Assembly: GCA_003056085.1 (NCBI GenBank)
Contig: LSNK01000005.1
Span: 10,122 to 74,121, forward strand
Length of the DNA stretch: 64,000 nt
Direction of reading: 5' to 3'
Origin: Parcubacteria group bacterium M6-OD1-1
GTDB taxonomy: Bacteria; Patescibacteriota; Minisyncoccia; GWC2-36-17; M10-OD1-4
Shown here in pieces: positions 58,198-64,000 of this stretch. Position numbers and translations under genes: made by a program. Every line of letters starts with the position of its first letter. Position 1 is the first letter of the stretch. The notes below the pieces were generated by a model. It saw only the letters and a list, made by a program, of their open reading frames with translations. It ran no database searches and was not told the DNA's origin.

Positions 58198-58903
58198 ACC
58201 ATTGTTGTAAGACAGAAAATAAAGTTGTTGTAGCCCAGTAAATAGCTATCCCAGCATACAACGACCCTGCTATTATAACAGTTATAACAGGCATAACATA
58301 TGTCATTTGTTTTGATATGGAAACTGAAATGTCATCGAACTTCTTTTTAGAACCATCTGTCTTAATATTTTTTCTTGATTTTTCCTGTTGTTTTAAAACC
58401 ATCTTGGATTGGTAAAATTGAAAAATTCCGGCAATTAAAGCAATATAAATATTTTTTTGGGATATATCTATAAAACCTAAAAATATATAATTTATTTCTC
58501 CGGGATTTTGCATAAAACTGTAAAGATCACTCAAACTGTCAGAATTAAAACCGGACAAGAAAACCCAGTAGAGAGCTATTAATATCGGGAGTTGAACAAG
58601 TATAGGCAAGCATCCGGAAAATGGACTGACTTTTTTTTCTTTGTATAAAGCCATCACTTTTTTCATCTGTTCTTCTTTTTTATCTTTATATTTTTCTTGA
58701 ATCGCTTTCACCTCAGGCTGTATTTTAAACATATCTTTTTGGGACTTAATAGCCTTTTGAGATAGTGGGTAAAGGGCAAATCTTATTATTAATGTCAGTA
58801 TTATTATAGCTATTCCAAGATCAAAAAAAGCCACTGTTTCATATAGAAAAATCAACAGATTAAACAGTGGTCTAACTAATATTTCATTAAAAAATGCAGC
58901 CAT
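58169..58903 (-). CDS. yidC: membrane protein insertase YidC (short form)
   Basis: 244 aa, 5 TM, conserved C-terminal-region pattern. Sits in the rnpA-yidD-yidC cluster. Confidence 0.85.
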   Translation of the reverse strand: MAAFFNEILVRPLFNLLIFLYETVAFFDLGIAIIILTLIIRFALYPLSQKAIKSQKDMFKIQPEVKAIQEKYKDKKEEQMKKVMALYKEKKVSPFSGCLPILVQLPILIALYWVFLSGFNSDSLSDLYSFMQNPGEINYIFLGFIDISQKNIYIALIAGIFQFYQSKMVLKQQEKSRKNIKTDGSKKKFDDISVSISKQMTYVMPVITVIIAGSLYAGIAIYWATTTLFSVLQQWYVFSKKEEE

Positions 58904-58914
58904 TTTATTTTATA

Positions 58915-59148
58915 TTATTTTAGAGGATCATACCCGCCTTCACAAAAAGGGTGGCATCTTTTAATCCTTTTTAAACCAATAAATAAACCTTTTATAAAAC
59001 CGTATTTTTCAACAGCTTGATAACAGTACTCGGAACAAGACGGATAAAACCGACACTTGTAAATCGTTAAATAATTTTTAAATATACCGTGATCGGGGGA
59101 TAGGGTTTTTTGATATATCTTTATTAAAAATAAAATTAAGTATTTCAT
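58915..59148 (-). CDS. yidD: membrane protein insertion efficiency factor YidD
   Basis: 77 aa with [10 protein letters not shown]. Confidence 0.8.
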   Translation of the reverse strand: MKYLILFLIKIYQKTLSPDHGIFKNYLTIYKCRFYPSCSEYCYQAVEKYGFIKGLFIGLKRIKRCHPFCEGGYDPLK

Positions 59149-59171
59149 TTATAAAATTTAAGATGAACCCA

Positions 59172-59510
59172 TTATAGCAAATTAATTTCTTTAAGAGAAT
59201 TCTTTATATTCAACTCCAGCTCAGAATAACTTGCGTCTAAAGAATTATTTCCCATAAAAAAGATTATATCATAACCCGGCTTTATTTCGTTTATATGAAG
59301 TCTTATTACCTCTCTTGCCCTTCTTTTTATTTTATTTCTGTCAACAGCTCTTTTTGAAACCTTTTTACTTACAACAAAACCAAATCTGCTGTTTAAAAGG
59401 TTATTTTTTTTATATCTTAACAAAAAAAATTGGTTTTTAAAAAATCCGCTTTGTTTAAATATGGTTTTAAAATCCTTATTTTTTGTAATTTTATAAGGTT
59501 TTTTTAGCAA
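59172..59510 (-). CDS. rnpA: ribonuclease P protein component
   Basis: 112 aa. RNR-like basic motif (KRAVDRNKIKRRARE). Gene order rpmH-rnpA. Confidence 0.85.
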   Translation of the reverse strand: MLKKPYKITKNKDFKTIFKQSGFFKNQFFLLRYKKNNLLNSRFGFVVSKKVSKRAVDRNKIKRRAREVIRLHINEIKPGYDIIFFMGNNSLDASYSELELNIKNSLKEINLL

Positions 59511-59637
59511 TTTTGTCTATTTTAAAAACCTCCTAAAGAATATTTTCTACTCTGACTTCTAAATTTTGATATAATTTGCGATAAATTTAAAAATCTTGCG
59601 ATAAATTTTATTCTCAAAGAGGTCTTTGGTTTTATTA

Positions 59638-59787
59638 TTATTTTTTATAAGAAGTTACAGAAAGTTTTTTTCTGCCTTTTTTTCTTCTTTCAGACAAAAC
59701 TTTTCTTCCGCTTTTAGTCTTTGTTCTGATTAAAAAACCGTGAGTTTTGGCTCTTTTTTTTCTTTTTGGTTGATATGTTACAGACAT
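59638..59787 (-). CDS. rpmH: 50S ribosomal protein L34
   Basis: Hand-translated 49 aa [44 protein letters not shown]. Not in the ORF track because it is under 60 aa. Confidence 0.85.
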   Translation of the reverse strand: MSVTYQPKRKKRAKTHGFLIRTKTKSGRKVLSERRKKGRKKLSVTSYKK

Positions 59788-59953
59788 TTGTAATTTGAAG
59801 CAATTTCTCACTAACTAATAATTATTTAAAACTACTGTACCAGCAAAAACCGTTAAAGTCAACAATAAAGAGGTATTTTATATTAAAAACAATTCCGGTT
59901 AAGTTGTAAAGATAAAAATAGAAACCTTTTTTATACAGCTTATTAACATGTTG

Positions 59954-59982
59954 TGCACAGGGTGTGGATTTTATTAGCTTTA
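59954..59982. promoter_or_regulatory. DnaA boxes upstream of dnaA
   Basis: TGTGGATTT (59954-59962) and TGTGGATAT (59974-59982), the complement of TTATCCACA. Confidence 0.5.
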
Positions 59983-60057
59983 TTGTGGATATTTTGTTTA
60001 TTTTTTACAGCTATGATATACTTCTTAGACATTTAAGAATTAACTCGGATAAAAAAC

Positions 60058-61431
60058 ATGGACAATCAAGAACTATGGCAGTGCGTACTGTCTGATATAG
60101 AGCTTAGTGTCTCTAAAGCCAACTTTAATACTTGGTTTCGTGATACAGCTATCTATACCAGAGAAGGGAACGCGGTTGTAGTATCTGTGCCGAGTTCATT
60201 TACTAAAGAGTGGCTTGAAAACAAGTTTAATAAATTTATTTTAAAGTCTTTAAGAGAATTAAATTCTGAAATCAAAGAAGTTAAATTTATTGTTTACACA
60301 AATCAAGAAAACATATCTCAAAATAATAATTTAATAACAAAAAAGAAGAAACAAATATTCAAAAAACCTGAAAATCAACTTCAATTGAAGGTATTAAATA
60401 AAGACGCAGAAAATAATCTTAATCTCAAATATACATTTGACACATTTGTAGTTGGCTCTTCAAATGAATTGGCGCATGCGGCGGCAAAATCTGTTACTAA
60501 AAATTTAGGAACTATATATAATCCTCTTTTTATTTATGGCGGATCAGGACTTGGAAAAACACATTTACTCCAATCGATCGGAAATAACATCTTAAAACAA
60601 GACTCTTCTAAAAAAGTTAAGTATTTATCCGCTGAAAAATTTTCAAGTGAGATGATTTCCGCCATTCAATGCGGTGAAATGGAGAAATTTAAAAATAAAT
60701 ACAGAAAAATAGATCTTCTTATTATAGACGATATCCAGTTTTTATCAGGAAAAGAAAAAACCCAGGAAGAATTTTTTCACACATTTAATGCTCTTTATGA
60801 AAAAAATAAACAAATAATAATAAGCTCCGACAGACCTCCAAAAGCAATTAAAACACTTGAGGATAGGTTAAGATCAAGGTTTGAAGGGGGAATGATAGCA
60901 GATGTCAGTTATCCGGATTTTGAAACAAGACTCGCTATCTTAAAATTTAAAGTAGCGTCAAAAGAAATAATCTTATCAGAAGATATTATGTCTTATATAG
61001 CGGAAAATTTTAAAAGAAATATAAGGGAGCTGGAAGGCGCTTTAAATAAGGTTATTATGCAGATGAATATATTAGGCGACAAAAAAATATCCTTAAATTC
61101 TGTCAAAAAAACCTTATCTTCCGAATCAGAGATGCCTAAAAAAATCATAAATATAAAACAAATACTTAAAATCGTTGCTAATTTCTATGATGTTGAAGAA
61201 AAACAACTTATTCAAAGAATAAGAAGGCAGGAAATAGTAAGACCAAGACAAATAGCTATGTTTTTATTAAGAAATGAATATAAAGCTTCTTTTCCGACTA
61301 TAGGTAGTAAAATGGGGGGTAGGGACCACACAACCGTGATTCATGCTTGTGAAAAAATAAATAATGAATTAAAAACAAATAATATGTTGGCGGAAGAAAT
61401 AAATTTAATAAAACAAAGATTATATACATAA
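60058..61431 (+). CDS. dnaA: chromosomal replication initiator DnaA
   Basis: AAA+ Walker A GGSGLGKTHLL, Walker B LLIIDDIQF, sensor motifs, and C-terminal DNA-binding domain with the DnaA signature. Confidence 0.95.
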   Translation: MDNQELWQCVLSDIELSVSKANFNTWFRDTAIYTREGNAVVVSVPSSFTKEWLENKFNKFILKSLRELNSEIKEVKFIVYTNQENISQNNNLITKKKKQIFKKPENQLQLKVLNKDAENNLNLKYTFDTFVVGSSNELAHAAAKSVTKNLGTIYNPLFIYGGSGLGKTHLLQSIGNNILKQDSSKKVKYLSAEKFSSEMISAIQCGEMEKFKNKYRKIDLLIIDDIQFLSGKEKTQEEFFHTFNALYEKNKQIIISSDRPPKAIKTLEDRLRSRFEGGMIADVSYPDFETRLAILKFKVASKEIILSEDIMSYIAENFKRNIRELEGALNKVIMQMNILGDKKISLNSVKKTLSSESEMPKKIINIKQILKIVANFYDVEEKQLIQRIRRQEIVRPRQIAMFLLRNEYKASFPTIGSKMGGRDHTTVIHACEKINNELKTNNMLAEEINLIKQRLYT

Positions 61432-61729
61432 AAATCATTAATTATTAATGATTTTTTAAACCTTAGAAGTGTTGATAAGTTGTGGGTAGAGTATTGAAAA
61501 AATTGTTTACTAACTTGTATATAACATCTTAATAAAAAAGTCTTATTTTTTATTAATAGCAAAAATTAACATCTTAATAAAATTATTAATACATTATACA
61601 CAAAGTTATCAACTATTTATTTTAATCAAAAACTGTTTATTTAAAAGATTATTTTGATTTATCAACAAGAAAAAACTTACTTAATAGTAATAACTATATT
61701 ATATATAAATATAATACTAACTATACATT
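61432..61729. other. candidate oriC: AT-rich dnaA-dnaN intergenic region with DnaA-box variants
   Basis: GTTGATAAG (61471), TTATCAACT (61606-61614), TTATCAACA (61659-61667). More than 80% A+T. Confidence 0.55.
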
Positions 61730-62857
61730 ATGAGTGAAAAAGAGAATAAATTAAAAATTATTTGTTTACAGGAAAATATTAAAAATGGTCTTAATATTTC
61801 TGAAAGAGTTTCTTGTAAAAATTCAAACCTGCCTATTTTAAATAATGCTTTAATAAAAACAGATAAAGGTTTTTTAAAAATATTATCAACTAATCTTGAA
61901 ATAGGTGTTGAAGTTTTAATTCCTTGTAAGGTAAAACAACAAGGTAGTTCTATTATTCCAATAAGGTTAATTTTAAATCTTATAAACAATCTTCCAAACA
62001 CAAAAATTCAAATAGAAGAATTTGAAAATAAACTTTTAATAAGCACAGATAATTTAAAAACAAGTATACCAATAATAAACAAAGAGGAATTTCCTATAAT
62101 TCCAAAAATAAAAAAAGAATCAGATATTATTATTAATTCTCAAATATTTAAAAAAGCAATAGAACAAGTTTTAAATTCTGTCGCTTTATCTGATTTAAAA
62201 CCTGAAATATCAGGAATTTTATTTGATTTTAAGAAAGATTCTTTAAATATTGTAGCAACAGATGTTTTTAGACTTTCGGAAAAAATAATTTTAAATAAAG
62301 ATATAAAAAAAATAGAATATAATGAAAGTTTTATACTACCTTATAAAACAGCCCAAGAGTTGGTTAAAATAATAGATTCAAATAATGATATTATTTTAAA
62401 TATAGAAGATAATCAAGTAGCTTTTTTATATGATAAAATAAATCTTATTTCAAAAATAATTGAAGGGGAATATCCAAATTATAAACAAATAATTCCAAAA
62501 GAAAGTAAGACAAAAATAATTTTAAATAAAGAAGAATTTTTATCTAAAATAAAAATTGCCAGTATATTTTCTTCAAACATTAATGATATTAAATTATTAA
62601 TAGATGTTAAAAATCAAAATATTTTAATAAAATCAGAAGATAATATTAAAGGAGAGTTTAGTTCAGAAATTGATTTTAATAAATTAGAAGGAGAAGATAT
62701 TAAAATAGTGTTTAATTGGAAGTATTTATTAGATGGGCTTTTAAATATAGAAGGAGAGGATATTGTTTTTGAATTATCAGGAAATTCATCTCCGGCTATG
62801 CTTAAATCTAAAGAATTTAACGATTATCTTTATATAATAATGCCAATTAAACAATAA
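61730..62857 (+). CDS. dnaN: DNA polymerase III beta sliding clamp
   Basis: 375 aa, three-domain clamp pattern. Position after dnaA. Confidence 0.9.
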   Translation: MSEKENKLKIICLQENIKNGLNISERVSCKNSNLPILNNALIKTDKGFLKILSTNLEIGVEVLIPCKVKQQGSSIIPIRLILNLINNLPNTKIQIEEFENKLLISTDNLKTSIPIINKEEFPIIPKIKKESDIIINSQIFKKAIEQVLNSVALSDLKPEISGILFDFKKDSLNIVATDVFRLSEKIILNKDIKKIEYNESFILPYKTAQELVKIIDSNNDIILNIEDNQVAFLYDKINLISKIIEGEYPNYKQIIPKESKTKIILNKEEFLSKIKIASIFSSNINDIKLLIDVKNQNILIKSEDNIKGEFSSEIDFNKLEGEDIKIVFNWKYLLDGLLNIEGEDIVFELSGNSSPAMLKSKEFNDYLYIIMPIKQ

Positions 62858-62860
62858 TTT

Positions 62861-63145
62861 ATGTTTACTTCATTAAAAACCGTATTACCAAGTAAAATAA
62901 AAAATTTAGGTATAAAAAACCAGGTTGATGTTATTGATAATTGCAGGAAAATAGAAATTATTATAAATAAAAAAATAAATTCTGATTTTAAAATTAAAAT
63001 TTCAGCGTATAAAGATAAATCAATTTTTATAAAAACAGAAAATTTTCAATTAGCTAATGAAGTAAAATTAATGGAACAGGTTATTAAAAAGGAACTTAAA
63101 AAAAACAATATAGAAATTAAAAATATAAAATATATAATCCAATAA
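62861..63145 (+). CDS. small hypothetical protein after dnaN (DUF721-like position)
   Basis: 94 aa, Lys/Ile-rich. Confidence 0.35.
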   Translation: MFTSLKTVLPSKIKNLGIKNQVDVIDNCRKIEIIINKKINSDFKIKISAYKDKSIFIKTENFQLANEVKLMEQVIKKELKKNNIEIKNIKYIIQ

Positions 63146-63188
63146 TTTATATATTAAATAAATTCAAATCCATATTTTAGTAATAATT

Positions 63189-63217
63189 TAAAAACACCTC
63201 ATTTTGAGGTGTTTTTA
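63189..63217. terminator. bidirectional intrinsic terminator
   Basis: aaaaacacctc-atttt-gaggtgttttt. Confidence 0.6.
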
Positions 63218-63227
63218 AATTATTATT

Positions 63228-64000
63228 TTATTGTGTTTTTATTATCTTAACTGATGCTTGGTTTGAGTTTTGATATTTATCATAAACCCGCACACTTATA
63301 ATATTATTTCCGTAGCTTGCATTAGATAAATCTATTTTTGTTTTATAAGGCGGATAAAAATCTGATGATAGATAAGAGTTGTTTAAAAAGAAACTAACCT
63401 CTTTTATTTTAAATTTAGATTCTATATTAAGTTCGATATCTATGTTTTTTGTAAAAGATTGATTAATTCCCGGTTTTATAATAGTTATTTTTGGTTTGTT
63501 TTCTTCTGTATGTATATCATCATATTCTTTCGGTGGTTTTTCATTAATGTATGAAAACCCAGGATTTTTTCTTATCCAAGAAATTAAACCCTCTTCCCAG
63601 TTATTGTATTGAGGATTATTTTTTTCCGGGTCTTCTGGAGGATTACCTAATATATCATTTCTATCTATGTAATGAAGTATATTATGAGTATTTCTGTATG
63701 ATTTTTCTATAATCATACTTTCCGGAGTTAAGTCTGTAGCGAGTTTTCCGGATGCTTTATCTATTTTAACCGTGGTTCTATTCATATAACCGCCGTTTAA
63801 AATGCTTTTTTCTCTGATTATTTTTTCCGGACTGCTGAAATTGCCGAATATGGTTATTTTAGATAAATCATTAATAAATCTATTAAATATAGGGCCGGCT
63901 ACAAGACTGCCCGCAGCACCATCTTTTAATGATGTATGATCGTTGTTTCCGACCCACACAGCAACAGAAACATTAGTTGTGTATCCAACAACCCAAGCGT
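63228..64000 (-). CDS. class A penicillin-binding protein, C-terminal part; the gene continues beyond the window end
   Basis: The upstream in-frame sequence reads AWVVGYTTNVSVAVWVGNND (PBP transpeptidase KTG-region/C-terminal signature), followed by a C-terminal extension of about 230 aa. Confidence 0.65.
   Translation of the reverse strand, partial: AWVVGYTTNVSVAVWVGNNDHTSLKDGAAGSLVAGPIFNRFINDLSKITIFGNFSSPEKIIREKSILNGGYMNRTTVKIDKASGKLATDLTPESMIIEKSYRNTHNILHYIDRNDILGNPPEDPEKNNPQYNNWEEGLISWIRKNPGFSYINEKPPKEYDDIHTEENKPKITIIKPGINQSFTKNIDIELNIESKFKIKEVSFFLNNSYLSSDFYPPYKTKIDLSNASYGNNIISVRVYDKYQNSNQASVKIIKTQ

Overview
This is a low-GC (about 30%) chromosomal segment with Lys/Glu-rich proteins, few recognisable Shine-Dalgarno sites and AT-rich perfect palindromes between genes. 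That profile fits a reduced genome of the Candidate Phyla Radiation (Patescibacteria) type. The window crosses the replication origin: rpmH-rnpA-yidD-yidC on the minus strand, then DnaA boxes, dnaA, an AT-rich intergenic region with TTATCAACA-type boxes, and dnaN.

Housekeeping genes include glyQS next to a tRNA-Gly(TCC), hup, rny, a Xer recombinase, clpP, tig, ppa, nusA, yraN, cca, a tRNA reading as Arg(GCG), rpsO, a NYN-domain gene, pnp, comM, uvrD/pcrA, ksgA and a class A PBP that runs off the right edge.

Accessory content:
1. A roughly 2.4 kb GC-rich (about 50%) island at about 23.2-25.6 kb, which looks foreign. It carries three small minus-strand genes separated by repeated terminator/promoter cassettes, a 200-nt structured GC-rich non-coding segment, and an HTH regulator with a leaderless promoter.
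2. A Phd/RelE toxin-antitoxin pair, a 1114-aa Glu/Lys-rich protein with glycine-zipper segments, and a Fic/Doc protein with an operator-like upstream region.
3. A roughly 15 kb plus-strand cluster (38.3-53.7 kb), the most notable feature. It encodes a type IV secretion-like apparatus of the Gram-positive/CPR kind: a PrgI/VirB3-like protein, a VirB4 ATPase and a VirB6-like polytopic protein. It also encodes a 1698-aa surface protein, a Ca-binding secreted protein and several exported proteins. The VirB4 gene is split exactly at the N-domain/ATPase boundary by a 76-bp element. That element appears as a direct repeat in front of both halves, and each copy carries its own start codon.

Two further oddities: the tRNA-Gly is nested between complementary 5' and 3' pseudo-tRNA halves, and a frameshifted AAA+ ATPase remnant sits at 22.1 kb. 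No CRISPR array, rRNA or transposase was found.
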